From a virus, in the UHGV virus genome UHGV-0197549: a stretch of 64,000 nucleotides of DNA; one strand, given 5' to 3'. Positions within the stretch are counted from its first letter, which is position 1, and every line of letters starts with the position of its first letter. A program made the position numbers and the translations under genes. Under the pieces are notes generated by a model. That model ran no database searches and was not told where the DNA came from. It saw nothing but the letters and a program-made list of their open reading frames with translations. Positions 18,985 through 30,500 of the stretch are shown here, piece by piece.

Positions 18985-19962
18985 ATGAGCAGACTTATCA
19001 ATATCGGTGTAAGCACCCTGCTGAGCGGCGGCATCATCGGCAGCGGCAGCGCGGAGAACTATGTCAGTGACGCCGCCTGCCATGCCTTGGGCATGGGCTT
19101 GTCACAGTTTGCCGACGGGCAGGTGCAATACTTCAGCAAGGACAGGCAGATACTTAAACGGGCGCTGGTCCAGACCACCTCGCAGCTTGCCTACGGGATG
19201 CTGCGCTCTTATCCCAGGTACCTGAAATACTGGGAGCAGAAAGAGAGGGACAAATACCTGCAAACCATGTCGCAGACCAGCATCGCCAACAAGACGGGGC
19301 AATATTACCAGCTTATCAGCGAGCAGCAGGCGGTCGCCAAAAAGAAGAACTATTCGGATACCGTTGCCGGCAACATCGTTCCGGACTATCTGGAGCTTTC
19401 CATCAGTGCCGAGGGAATGTATTTTGATACGGAAACCATGAAGATAGAAACCAATTCCAAATACGGTCTGGTCACGTTTGCCGACCTACAGCCGCAGGTA
19501 CAGGTCAGCAGCAAGAACAACATCGTCCTGACGACCGTTCAGGGACGGGATTATACCCGGAAGGAATTTATTTCCGGAGGCGACCTGGAAGTAAATATCA
19601 GCGGCAAGATTACAAGCAAATATCCCGATGTGTACCCGGAAGCCGAAGTCAGCAAGTTCCTCAAGCTGATGCAGTACAAGGGGGTGATAGAGTGTGACAA
19701 CACCATCCTGCGCCAGTTCAGAATCGAAAAGCTGATTGTGCTCAACTACTCCTTCCCGGCAAGCGACTGCCGTAACATCCAGCCTTATACGCTTTCCTGC
19801 GTGGCGGTGGAGCCTTCGGAGGCGGTGGAACTGAAACTGGCATCCCAAGAGAAGGTGGACACTGCCATCAAACATACGAACAAATGGATTAAGCTCGCGC
19901 AGTTCGGGACAAAGGTAGTAGATCCTTCCTCACTCTTAACACTTACCAAACAATGGCTGTAA
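18985..19962 (+). CDS. tail/baseplate structural protein (distal tail-like)
   Basis: 325-aa ORF first after the TMP. Assigned by position only. Confidence 0.35.
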   Translation: MSRLINIGVSTLLSGGIIGSGSAENYVSDAACHALGMGLSQFADGQVQYFSKDRQILKRALVQTTSQLAYGMLRSYPRYLKYWEQKERDKYLQTMSQTSIANKTGQYYQLISEQQAVAKKKNYSDTVAGNIVPDYLELSISAEGMYFDTETMKIETNSKYGLVTFADLQPQVQVSSKNNIVLTTVQGRDYTRKEFISGGDLEVNISGKITSKYPDVYPEAEVSKFLKLMQYKGVIECDNTILRQFRIEKLIVLNYSFPASDCRNIQPYTLSCVAVEPSEAVELKLASQEKVDTAIKHTNKWIKLAQFGTKVVDPSSLLTLTKQWL

Positions 19963-21272
19963 ATACACTGGACGTACTATGCTGTAAAATAACCATCGGG
20001 GATGCGGACCCGGCTAACCCGATGGCGATTCAGGACCCGGTTGTCCTGACCGAGGTGCAGGAGATAGAGATCGTGGAAACCTATAAGAAGCTGACAGGAA
20101 CCGCCAGGGTAATACTTCCCAAAGGGACGGTTTACCAAAGCACCATCATCGGCAATGCGACGTTGGAAGGCAACGACGCCTCACGCATCACCACGGAAGT
20201 GATGGAAGACGGGGTAATCATTGAAAAGAGAAGTTCACAGGCGGCTGTGGGGAAGGATACCTTTCATACCGGGCAGAGAATCAACATCAAGCTGGGCTAC
20301 AACGGCATCCTGAAGAATATGTTTGACGGCTATGTCACCGCCTATAATTCCGACAGCCTGTTCGAACTCCGGTGCGAGAACATGGCTTACAAGCTTAAAC
20401 TCAAACAGGCTCCCAAGTTCGAGACACCGCTATCCACCAAGGTGAATGATGTATTGGGAGACAAATACAACCTGCTTAAAGATACGGGCTTTGAGATACA
20501 CAGCGAAACCAGGCGGTTCGACATCAACATCGGCAAGGTCAAGATTACGGATAACTTCACGGTCGCCGACGTGCTGAACGACTGGAGCAAGTACAGGGTG
20601 TATTGCTTTTTGAAGTATGATGAGAACTCGCCCGATGCGATGCCCCGGATTGCCGTAGGGCGTCCCTATTCATCTTCAAAGGCGCAACCGTCCTTTCCGG
20701 GAAGCGACAATACGATGCCTTACAGGATATGCTTCAACTACCATGTGGCGGAAAGCAACCTGAAAGTCTTGAAGGTGGACCCGAAGTTCCTGGCCGTTAC
20801 CGCCAAGGCATTGGGAACGGACGAGAAGTTCTTCGAAGTGACGGTACGCCTGAATCCCGACTATGACGCGGGCAAAGCCGGAAGCAAGGAGTTCCAGACC
20901 ATCAATGCCACGCAGATCAGTAAAAAGACGCATAAGGTAACCGGCAATACGACGGCATCGGGAGCCGCTACCAAAACAAAAGTGGACTTGAGCACCTATA
21001 CGGTAGTGCCTTATATGTCACCGAACATGAGGATAGATTCGGATAAACTGGTGGAGGAAGCCATTGAATATTTCAAGAACTACAACCTGAACGGGATAAC
21101 CGGAAGCGTGACAATCTTCGGTGACTTCGGGCTGCCTTCCGCCGTTCAGGTGGAACTGATAGACGATCTGAACCCGAGCAAAAACGGGGTGTATATCGTG
21201 GAAGAGGTAAAAACGATCTTCGGAACCAAGGGGTACAGGCAGGTTGTAAAGTTGCCTTACAAAGTAAAATAA
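19953..21272 (+). CDS. baseplate/tail structural protein
   Basis: 439-aa ORF overlapping the upstream gene by 10 nt. Confidence 0.35.
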   Translation: MAVNTLDVLCCKITIGDADPANPMAIQDPVVLTEVQEIEIVETYKKLTGTARVILPKGTVYQSTIIGNATLEGNDASRITTEVMEDGVIIEKRSSQAAVGKDTFHTGQRINIKLGYNGILKNMFDGYVTAYNSDSLFELRCENMAYKLKLKQAPKFETPLSTKVNDVLGDKYNLLKDTGFEIHSETRRFDINIGKVKITDNFTVADVLNDWSKYRVYCFLKYDENSPDAMPRIAVGRPYSSSKAQPSFPGSDNTMPYRICFNYHVAESNLKVLKVDPKFLAVTAKALGTDEKFFEVTVRLNPDYDAGKAGSKEFQTINATQISKKTHKVTGNTTASGAATKTKVDLSTYTVVPYMSPNMRIDSDKLVEEAIEYFKNYNLNGITGSVTIFGDFGLPSAVQVELIDDLNPSKNGVYIVEEVKTIFGTKGYRQVVKLPYKVK

Positions 21273-21290
21273 ACAGAAAAAGACAAAACA

Positions 21291-22184
21291 ATGGAAAACA
21301 CAAGTAACGGCAGCCGGCAAGTGATAACCGAAGCTATCCGTAAGATAGCATTAGGACGGAGCATGGAACGTATCGACATGGCTCCCGGAGGGACAAGCGG
21401 TATCGGAACCGCACGTATGATTCACGGCTATGTCGCCAAAGTACATGACAATCCGGGTGACAGTGAATACGAAGAGTATGCCGGAACGGTTGATGTGGGC
21501 GAGTTTCCCGACGAGACGGCATCTTCCGAACCGGTCATCCACAAAGGTGTATTGCTTGCCGGGCTTAAAGACAACTCCGGCGGGTTCCTGATAATCCCGA
21601 CCTTATTCTCGGACGTAACCATCGTAACGGATGCGGCGACGAAGTATGCTTATGTGCTGAACTATTCCCACGCAAAGGTTATCCAACTTAGTTCCCACGA
21701 CGAAACGGTTATCGGCGTGACAGAAACGGAAGAACTGGACACGGGAAGCAATGACTCTCCCGATTATGACGAGCTGGAGAAGACGGGAAATGAAAGCTCC
21801 ACCCGGTACACGGCGGAAAAGATAACCACCACCGTAAAGAACAAGAACGGAAAGGAAGCCAGCCGGACGATAGAGCCGGAGCTAATCAGTACAAAGGTAG
21901 ACAAATCCGAAGTAACGCAGACAACGGATAAGATACAGCAGAAAGTGGGAAGTACGACTGTTACCCTTGCCGACAAGAAAGTGGCACTCGGAGATGAGAA
22001 CGCTACCGAACCGTTGGTATTGGGCAACCAGCTTGCACAGTTGATGCTGGAGTTCCTGACCGAGTGCAGCAAGATAACGACCCCTACACTGATGGGAACC
22101 ATGCCCGCCGTCAATGTGCCGAACTTCGCTTCACTCATTTCCAAGATACAGAATTTTCTCTCTAAAACCTCCTATACCCAATGA
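21291..22184 (+). CDS. baseplate structural protein
   Basis: 297-aa ORF in the baseplate cluster. Confidence 0.3.
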   Translation: MENTSNGSRQVITEAIRKIALGRSMERIDMAPGGTSGIGTARMIHGYVAKVHDNPGDSEYEEYAGTVDVGEFPDETASSEPVIHKGVLLAGLKDNSGGFLIIPTLFSDVTIVTDAATKYAYVLNYSHAKVIQLSSHDETVIGVTETEELDTGSNDSPDYDELEKTGNESSTRYTAEKITTTVKNKNGKEASRTIEPELISTKVDKSEVTQTTDKIQQKVGSTTVTLADKKVALGDENATEPLVLGNQLAQLMLEFLTECSKITTPTLMGTMPAVNVPNFASLISKIQNFLSKTSYTQ

Positions 22185-23821
22185 CAGAACTCTTACCCGG
22201 CATCAGGGAACTGGACAAGGACAGCCTTTGTCACGCCATCTATTCCCAGCTTTACCATAACTTTTTCAATGCACAGGATGCCGGAACCGTCACCGAAGGC
22301 GACCAGACTTCCATTCGCTTGCGCAATACGGCTTATAACTTTGCCAGTGCCATCGCTTCGGGCGTCACCGGTGAAGGCGGTGGTGAGAGTGGCGGTGTCC
22401 TTTTGGCTTTCCTGAAGAAAAGCGGTGGCGATATGAGCGGGTTGTTACGTGCGGGCAACGGTTTTGAAGCTGGCATAGCCAATGAACGCATCCTACATAT
22501 ATATAAGGTAGGACAAGAACGGGGCGTTGCCGTTTCCGGCAACCTGAAAATCGGTGGGAATCTGTACCTGAACGGTAAACAGGTGCTCTCTTATGATTCC
22601 GGTACCCATACCGCAACATTGGAAAGCACACGGGTTGATTTCGGAAGCTCCCTTCTCAGGGGAGCCGGTGAGCTTCTTATCGGAGAGGATAAGGAGACGG
22701 GCATCTACATGACACCGGCACTGTTGCAGGTAGGTGGCAGGAATGTGTATCATGCGGGCAATGCCAACCGGACGGACATTTCATGGAGTATGCTGGACGC
22801 CTCTGTTTCGGGAAAACTTCAGGTAACGGGTACTGCGGACATACAAGGCGTCCTGACAGCGGAACAGGGGGTCAATCTGGGCGCAGCCGGTAAGACGGTA
22901 CTTTCCATCCATTCCGATACGGCTGACCTTAGCGGCTATCTTTCCTTTTCCCAAGGGCATGGCATCAAAATCGGCGGTTCTCCCGTCCTTATCCGGCTGG
23001 ATGACAAGGATATCCAGCTTGCGGCAGCGGGTGGAGACTTACTTTTGGGTAATGAATCCACTAATAAAATCCGTTTGCAATCGGACTTATGGGATATTGA
23101 CGGAGATACGATGCTAATCAGCAAGTACGGCTCTGCCTGTTTTCCCGGTTCACTTACCGTCAGGCATAATTACGGGGATAATCTGCTCACATCCTATCAC
23201 AAGGATAAACAGGATGAAGGGATTGTCATTCATAAACGGTTGCGCTGGGGAAACTCTTCGGGTGCTTACCTGTATGGCAAAGACGATGCGCTTCATTTCG
23301 CTTCAAGGGTTTACCGCACGGACAGCGCGAACGGCCAGACGAGCCCTTACCCTTATGAGACTGCCTTCTCGTTTGTCCCTTCCACCAGCCTTTACAAACG
23401 GCAGGACCGGCACTCCGACACTTTTTGTCTCCATACGGACGCTGATTTCTTCGGTTTTAATAAACCGCTCGAAGCATCCGGACATATCGGCATTGACGGT
23501 TCATTCACCCGGCTGGCGGACAAGACGCTATTCTTCAGCGCAGAGAGTTATCTGCTTTCCGTGTCAAACGGCATCCGGCATTATGGGGATGCTTACTTCA
23601 TGGGCGGTATCAGCAGTGAGTTTTTCTCTTCGGGCTTTGCGGGCTCCGGCTGGGCCATCCTGAAGAACAAGGCTACGGGCAGCATACAGGCTACCTTTGA
23701 CGAGGTGGTCGTCCGCAGGAAAATGCGCGTCTATGAGCTGGAAGTCCAGAAAAACACCGCTACCAACGGCTCCCTATGGGTAACGGACAGTTGCAGCGGT
23801 GATATGGTCATACCACTTTAA
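22181..23821 (+). CDS. baseplate/tail structural protein
   Basis: 546-aa Gly-rich ORF with a 4-nt overlap onto the previous gene. Confidence 0.3.
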   Translation: MTELLPGIRELDKDSLCHAIYSQLYHNFFNAQDAGTVTEGDQTSIRLRNTAYNFASAIASGVTGEGGGESGGVLLAFLKKSGGDMSGLLRAGNGFEAGIANERILHIYKVGQERGVAVSGNLKIGGNLYLNGKQVLSYDSGTHTATLESTRVDFGSSLLRGAGELLIGEDKETGIYMTPALLQVGGRNVYHAGNANRTDISWSMLDASVSGKLQVTGTADIQGVLTAEQGVNLGAAGKTVLSIHSDTADLSGYLSFSQGHGIKIGGSPVLIRLDDKDIQLAAAGGDLLLGNESTNKIRLQSDLWDIDGDTMLISKYGSACFPGSLTVRHNYGDNLLTSYHKDKQDEGIVIHKRLRWGNSSGAYLYGKDDALHFASRVYRTDSANGQTSPYPYETAFSFVPSTSLYKRQDRHSDTFCLHTDADFFGFNKPLEASGHIGIDGSFTRLADKTLFFSAESYLLSVSNGIRHYGDAYFMGGISSEFFSSGFAGSGWAILKNKATGSIQATFDEVVVRRKMRVYELEVQKNTATNGSLWVTDSCSGDMVIPL

Positions 23822-23835
23822 TTTAACCTTAAACG

Positions 23836-26097
23836 ATGTCTCTACTTAATTACAACCGATATAAGATATGTATCTCCCCCAAGTCCGCCAAAAGGCAGGG
23901 ACTCCGTACGGGTGATGTGGTAAGGCGGCAGTATTTCGACGGAAAGAATGTCGTCTACTCCCTGATGGCCGTACTGGAAACAGGCATTGACCGAATAACC
24001 ACATTGGAAGGGGAAGAACAGGAGTCTCCTTACTTTATAGGAGCGTTACTGGATGGGGATGTGCCCCAAAACGGGCAGATACTCGACTTTGTACGGGTAA
24101 CCAATCTTTTCGATGAAGACCGCAGCGGTGCCATGTACCTGACTGCATCGGACAGCCAGTCCCCTTACATGGACGTGATTGACGGCATGGCGCAGGAGAA
24201 GTCCCTGTGTTATCCCCGGGGTGACAACGGCTGCCGGTATACGCTCACGACCGGAGGAAGACTTTCCGGAGAATACCTGCCATACAAGGACGGTTGCAGC
24301 CGGGTGTTCAGCATCCTCTGTAACGGAATCCCGTTACAAGGTAAATGCGGACTGGAGCAAACGATTGGCAAAGGATTGGAGAACCCGGAAAGGATTCTCA
24401 TTTCTTATAAGATACGCGCTTCCAGGGATTTTCCGTCACTTCCCTTCTCTTTAGGATATGCTGACGGCACTGAAACAGACGGAAGCGGTATGGTGGCGGT
24501 ATCAACCCTCTGGCAGTACAAGCTTGCTATCATCACCATAGACTATCTTCCCGAATACGAACGGAGTTTCAGGTTGGATTTATCCGACCTGGAACCGGGC
24601 GACCGGTGCGAGATAGCCGAACTGAACATCATCCGGCTTTCGGACATAGCCACCTTCGCAGACTCAACGAAGGCCCGTGTGGGCAAAGTCCAGGGAATTA
24701 TCGACCCGACCTTCGGACGATTGGAAGGTTACGGCGCTTACTTCCAACGGCTCTATGCGACACGGGATGTAAACATAGCCGGCACCTTGACCGCCGGTGA
24801 CGAAACGGGCTTTGCCAGCACTTTCTATGTAGGACGCATCCATAAGAATTGCCTGATAAACTCGCTGTACGGCAACTTTCTGCATCCGGTAGAAAGGGCT
24901 ATCGGTGAACAACCGCCTGCCGGTATCGGGGATGTCTTTCTGATTCCGGCTGACGGTGTTATGTTGGTCGCCCAAACACAAAGCTGGGCGGAGACGCATC
25001 AGGGAGAAAAGTATTGCTTCTCCTTTTGGGCAAAAGGGATATCCGGTACTTTGACAGTCTCCCGGAACGGGCACCCGCTACAGGAGATAGAAATAGAGAA
25101 TCAGTGGAAACGTTATCACATACCGTTTGTTATCGGCTATGAAGAGCCGGAAGATTTGCTGATAGAAATTACGACGGATACCACCGGAGTCCTGTTCTGC
25201 TGCGCCCAACTTGAAAAAGGGGAACGGGCAACGCTCTACCAGGCAACAGACGGCAAGCTGGCGGATACGGACGGGTACGGGGCGTGGTTTGCAAGGGGCG
25301 GCATCGGCGGCACGATACAGAACCCGCTCCTTAAACTCAATGCGGACGGCTCCATCTCTGCCGGTGACGGTTCATTCGTTATCAACCGCGACGGTACGGG
25401 CTACTTTGCGGAAGGACGGTTCAAGTGGACAAAGGACACCATCACTTTACAGGATGTTACTATCCGTTGGGAAGACTTTGACGACCAGGCAAAAGAAAAC
25501 CTGCTTACCAAATATGTAACAATCACCGGGACGAACCTCTTCCATTACACGGACGCCCTTCAGGAAGATGCCTGCGAACCCAAGGAAATCACCCTCTTTG
25601 CCACTGAATACAACTTCACGGCGACGGCAAGGAGATGGCAGTACATGGGAAGTGAGGGGAACTGGAAGGACATGCCGGGAACTGATTCGGACTATCTTAA
25701 ATTACTACCTGCTTCACATTTCTGGGAAGACAGGGATGTATTGACCCTTAGATACATCGCTACGCTGGATGAATCCGAATATGTTGAGTCCTTCACCATT
25801 TCTAAACAATATGACGGTGCGGACAGCTATTCCGTCTATATCGCTTCTACTGGTGGGAACGTATTCCGCAACGGTATCATTTCAACCACCTTGTCTGCCC
25901 GCGTACTCAAAGGTGGCGAGGACATTACGGAACGGATACCGGAAAAGAACTTTCTCTGGACACGTACCGGCAATGATGCGGCGGACGACGACCTCTGGAA
26001 CTCCGTTACCCATACCGGCAAGACACTGGAGATAACCGGTGAGGACGTCTATCGCAAGGCGGTATTTGACTGTGAAGTAATTATCTCAACCCAATAA
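23836..26097 (+). CDS. large baseplate/tail structural protein
   Basis: 753-aa ORF. Confidence 0.3.
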   Translation: MSLLNYNRYKICISPKSAKRQGLRTGDVVRRQYFDGKNVVYSLMAVLETGIDRITTLEGEEQESPYFIGALLDGDVPQNGQILDFVRVTNLFDEDRSGAMYLTASDSQSPYMDVIDGMAQEKSLCYPRGDNGCRYTLTTGGRLSGEYLPYKDGCSRVFSILCNGIPLQGKCGLEQTIGKGLENPERILISYKIRASRDFPSLPFSLGYADGTETDGSGMVAVSTLWQYKLAIITIDYLPEYERSFRLDLSDLEPGDRCEIAELNIIRLSDIATFADSTKARVGKVQGIIDPTFGRLEGYGAYFQRLYATRDVNIAGTLTAGDETGFASTFYVGRIHKNCLINSLYGNFLHPVERAIGEQPPAGIGDVFLIPADGVMLVAQTQSWAETHQGEKYCFSFWAKGISGTLTVSRNGHPLQEIEIENQWKRYHIPFVIGYEEPEDLLIEITTDTTGVLFCCAQLEKGERATLYQATDGKLADTDGYGAWFARGGIGGTIQNPLLKLNADGSISAGDGSFVINRDGTGYFAEGRFKWTKDTITLQDVTIRWEDFDDQAKENLLTKYVTITGTNLFHYTDALQEDACEPKEITLFATEYNFTATARRWQYMGSEGNWKDMPGTDSDYLKLLPASHFWEDRDVLTLRYIATLDESEYVESFTISKQYDGADSYSVYIASTGGNVFRNGIISTTLSARVLKGGEDITERIPEKNFLWTRTGNDAADDDLWNSVTHTGKTLEITGEDVYRKAVFDCEVIISTQ

Positions 26098-26115
26098 CTT
26101 AAACCTAAATCAACT

Positions 26116-27426
26116 ATGGCCATTAAAGTAGCAAGAGGACAGGTCACCATCATCGACCAGAACGATGCCGTCTCCCTTCAGGCGTTTGTCGGTTCCAACC
26201 AACCTCTCACACAAGTTTTTAACAAGGACACGGGCGCTTTTGCCCCGAACTGGACGGCATCCCCGTATCTGGTGCTGACCCCTTCCTTATTTGTCAGTGG
26301 CAAGGGCGCCGCTGACCAGATTACCACCGTAGGAAATGCGGCGGTTCTGACTCCCGGTGTAAAATCCGGCTCCGCCAAATGGTACAAGAACGGTACGGCT
26401 ATAACCACGGGCGCGGACGGATGTACAATTGGGGCGGCATCCGCCAAGTATGCGCTGACCGTCAAGACGAACCACATGAGTGTGAGTGTCCCGCAGGTAC
26501 GCTATACCTTTGAGGCCGTTTACATAGACGCCAACGGGCTGGAGATTCCCTTCCGCTCGGATATCCAGTTCACGCAGCACCTGAACGCGGGCGCGACCAT
26601 CGTGGCGGTGGCTTATGCACCTAACGGTGTGGTTTTCCGTAACGATGAAGTGACCGCCCTCAAGGCGCACTGTGACCTGTGGCGCGGGGCGACCATCGAC
26701 AATACGAATATCACCTATGCCTGGGGCATCAAGGATTCCTCCGTGTTCGCGCCGACCACCCTTACCGCAGCAGCGGCATCCGGAGCCACCACGATAACGG
26801 TTGCCAATGTCGCCAATATGGAAGCGGGCGGAAAGATAACGGTCGGCTCGGCGCAATACACCATTTCCGCTATAAATGCCAGCACCAAAGTGGTGACGCT
26901 GACTTCCGCATTGAGTGCCGCAGCCGCTTCAGGAGCGTCCGTTTCCTGCCCGTATTATAATTCCATGCTGGGGGTGAGCTGGTCCTGCCTGACATCGGCA
27001 AACCCTAAAGGCGTTACAGCCGGATGGACGACCAATGAGATTACGATCACGGCGGATGCGGTACTGAACTTCGAGACATTCAAGTGCGCCATCAAGGACA
27101 CGGACACTTCCGCAGGCAACGCTTCGGCCAACAAGGTGGTCTGCGACATCATTTCCTTCTCGGACATGTCAGACCCCATCACCGTGCATATCGTCAGCCA
27201 GAAAGGGTTCACCATCAAGAACAACCTGAACGACGTGGACGCCAAAGCCATCCTCTACCGGGGAGGCGACGAGCTGGACAGTGCCGGGACATCTTATACT
27301 TATACCTGGAAACTCTGGAACGCGGCGGGCACGACGGTCGTAAGGACCTACACCGGAAAGTCCGTAACAGTGTCCAAGGCGGATGTGACGGGAAGGGGTG
27401 TCCTTATGTGTGAAATTTCCAAATAG
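26116..27426 (+). CDS. tail fibre-associated / Ig-like structural protein
   Basis: 436 aa, Thr/Ala/Gly-rich and beta-rich. Ends with a TAG stop and is followed by a terminator. Confidence 0.3.
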   Translation: MAIKVARGQVTIIDQNDAVSLQAFVGSNQPLTQVFNKDTGAFAPNWTASPYLVLTPSLFVSGKGAADQITTVGNAAVLTPGVKSGSAKWYKNGTAITTGADGCTIGAASAKYALTVKTNHMSVSVPQVRYTFEAVYIDANGLEIPFRSDIQFTQHLNAGATIVAVAYAPNGVVFRNDEVTALKAHCDLWRGATIDNTNITYAWGIKDSSVFAPTTLTAAAASGATTITVANVANMEAGGKITVGSAQYTISAINASTKVVTLTSALSAAAASGASVSCPYYNSMLGVSWSCLTSANPKGVTAGWTTNEITITADAVLNFETFKCAIKDTDTSAGNASANKVVCDIISFSDMSDPITVHIVSQKGFTIKNNLNDVDAKAILYRGGDELDSAGTSYTYTWKLWNAAGTTVVRTYTGKSVTVSKADVTGRGVLMCEISK

Positions 27427-27460
27427 GTGCTATATGGAAGTTTGATGTTTTTTTAAGGCG

Positions 27461-27492
27461 GTGTCATACCGCCTTTTCCCGTTTATTCCCTA
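27461..27492 (+). terminator. rho-independent terminator
   Basis: AAGGCGGT-gtcat-ACCGCCTT perfect 8-bp stem followed by a T-rich tract. Confidence 0.4.
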
Positions 27493-27518
27493 TTCTACCT
27501 TAGACTAAACCTTAACCA

Positions 27519-30500
27519 ATGGAAAAACAACTGATCGCACGGGGACAGGCGACCATCCTCGTACAAAAAGACTCCTACACGATTCACCAGTCGGTAGGTG
27601 AATATATCTTTCCGGCAAATAATAACGGCTCCCTCTCACAGGCGGTCACCTTCAGTTCCACCATCAAGGTGACGCTGGGCGACGACAACCTGACGAACTT
27701 CACGATTGGCGCCGTTACCAGACCTGCCGGGTTCTCCGCCATCACCGTGAACAACACGAACAAGACGGTTAGCTACTCGGTTGCCGCCGGTACGACTACC
27801 ATGGCGGACAGCGGGCTGGTGACGATTCCGGTAACCATTGCCGGACAGACATATACTATTACCTTCTCTTATGCCAAGGCGAAGACCGGTGCGGCAGGCG
27901 TCGATTCCAATATGCTCGACTGGGTAAGCGACTGGAACAGTGCCAAAACGGTGATCGGTTCCCAGTCGGTCATCACTCCCAAACTGTTTGCCGGGACAAA
28001 GAACGCGAACGGGACGATAACGGGTATTGCTATCGGCAAGTTCCCGCTAAGTACCGTAAACGCTTCCGGAGCGGTTGCCACCGAGACAATCAACGGCATC
28101 TACGGGTTCAAGGACGGATACAAGACATTCGCCATTGATACTACGGGAAGTGTGTTGCTGGGCAAGGGCAACCAGTTCATCCGTTATAACCCGGCAAACG
28201 GGAAGATAGAGTTCGGATCGGAAGTGACGCTGAACTGGGTGAACGCCATCAACACCGCCAAGACCGAAGCAATCAATTCCGCGGCGGCAACGGCGCAGGC
28301 GAAAGCGGATGCCGCGAAGAAAGGAGCTGTGGATGCGGTAAGAAACGATATCGCTGATGCCAAGAAAGCCGGAACGGATGCAAAGGCGGTTGCCGATGCC
28401 ATCACTAACAAGGCGAATACGGAAGGTTGGGCGACCAAACTCACCTATATAGGCTCTACGGGCATCTATACGGGAACGCTCTCTGCCAATACGGTGAACG
28501 CCGTCCGTATCAACGCTTCCCAGATTAGCGCCGGAACCATTGACGCGGCACGTATCAACGTAGCCGCCCTGAAAACATCACTGATAACGGCAGGCAATAT
28601 CGAAGCATTAACACTGAACGTTACTAAAGGGAAAGTCGGCGGCTGGAGCATTGATGCGGACTCAATTTACCGTAGCACCAAGAACAACACTTCCGGAGCA
28701 TATACGGGGGCTTCGGGTTCGGTTTGCATCGGCTCGAACGGCATCCGGGGCTTTAAATGGCGGCTGGACGCGACAGGTGCGGGTGCCGTAGCGGGTGGCA
28801 ATATTGCATGGGACGCGGCAGGGAATGTCACGTTCGGTGCTTCGGTAACCCTGAACTGGACAAATGCTGCCAATACAGCCGCCAATAACGGTAAACTATT
28901 TATACGTGGTACAGGATTGAACCATTCCGCCACCCGTTATATCTTACTGAACGGCACGAAAATCCACGAATCCTCTTCCCGGGGACTGGTACTGAGTGTA
29001 ATCAACCGGAGCGACCTGAAAGCGGTGAGCCATACGCATTACGACGTTTATGCCAGCGATGCCAACTGTAATAGCCTGGCAACGGCAATGAACGCCCTCG
29101 ACAGTACCAAAATTGTCATCCTGACCTCCTATGACGCTATCCGTATCAATGCGACGCTATCCGCGGCTATCCAGCGCTGTGGCGGCTCTGATTATATGGT
29201 AACCGATGCCAGGACCCCTTACGCCCTGATAGGTATTCCGGGGATAGGCAGGAATATGGGGCTGACCTCCATATACGGTCTGGAAGCCACCGCCCCGTTC
29301 GCTGAAATCTCCACCGTCATAGTGAACGGTATTCCCCAGGGAGTCAATGCGGACGGAAAACTGAAAACCTACCTGAGCGGCAACGGCATCTATACCGGCA
29401 CGCTGACTGCCGCACAAGTGAATGCGGTCGCTATCAATGCCGGAAGTATCACTGCGGGTACCCTTAGTGCTGACAGAATAGGCGCCAAGGCAATTACTGC
29501 CGCCAAGATTGCCGCCGGTACGATCACTGCCACAGAAATCAATGTATCCAGCATTCAGGCATCCGTCGTTACGGCAACGGCAGTCAACGGTCTGACCTGT
29601 ACGTTCAACAAGGGAACGATAGCCGGATGGACGATTAACTCCACACAAATATTCAAGAACAGTGTTTATCTCGGTGCGGACGGTTCCATCACGAACTCTA
29701 CCAAATGGAAATTTAATAACGACGGTTCGGGACAAATAGCAAATGGTAATATCAGTTGGAACGCTGCGGGAGCGGTGACGTTTTCTTCCGCGGTTTCATT
29801 GAATTGGACGGACGCAATCGAAAAAATTCAGATAGGCGGAAATAACTTGTTGAATAATTCCGGAGACTGGAGAACTGCCGGCTGGAATGGCGGATACACA
29901 ACCAATGGCGGTGGTTATACAATAGACTCATCCGTGCTTTTCAAAGGAAGACCTACGCTGAAAACCGATGCCGGAAACGGGGTCGTTCACTCGTCATGGA
30001 TAAAATTGGAAAATAATGCCGAGTATACTTATTCGGCAATGGTAAGATGTAATAAAACAATTACAGGTAATGGAAATACCCCCTTGCATTATTGGGCGGG
30101 AAAGGATAACAACAGCCAGTCCAAAATTACCGTTTTGAAATATGATACGTCTGTTGTTGCCAACACTTGGAAAAGGATATATGTAGTCTTCAAGCTAAAT
30201 TCTGACGGAGATAGTTTCCGTCCGTTCCTTTACAGGGGAAGTAACGAATCAACATTCTATAATGTAGCTTACTTCAAACTGGAAAGAGGGAACAGACCGA
30301 CTGACTGGAGCCAGTCAGACGGTGACGCCAACAAGCTTTCAATTGATGCCCAGAACGCTGCAAATGCAATTATTGCAGCCTTGGGAGGTTCCGGCTATCC
30401 AAAAATGACAAAAATATCTTCCACTGGAATCTATACGGGAACACTGACGGCAGCACAGGTGAATGCGGTGGCCATCAATGCGGGCAGCATCAATGCGGGC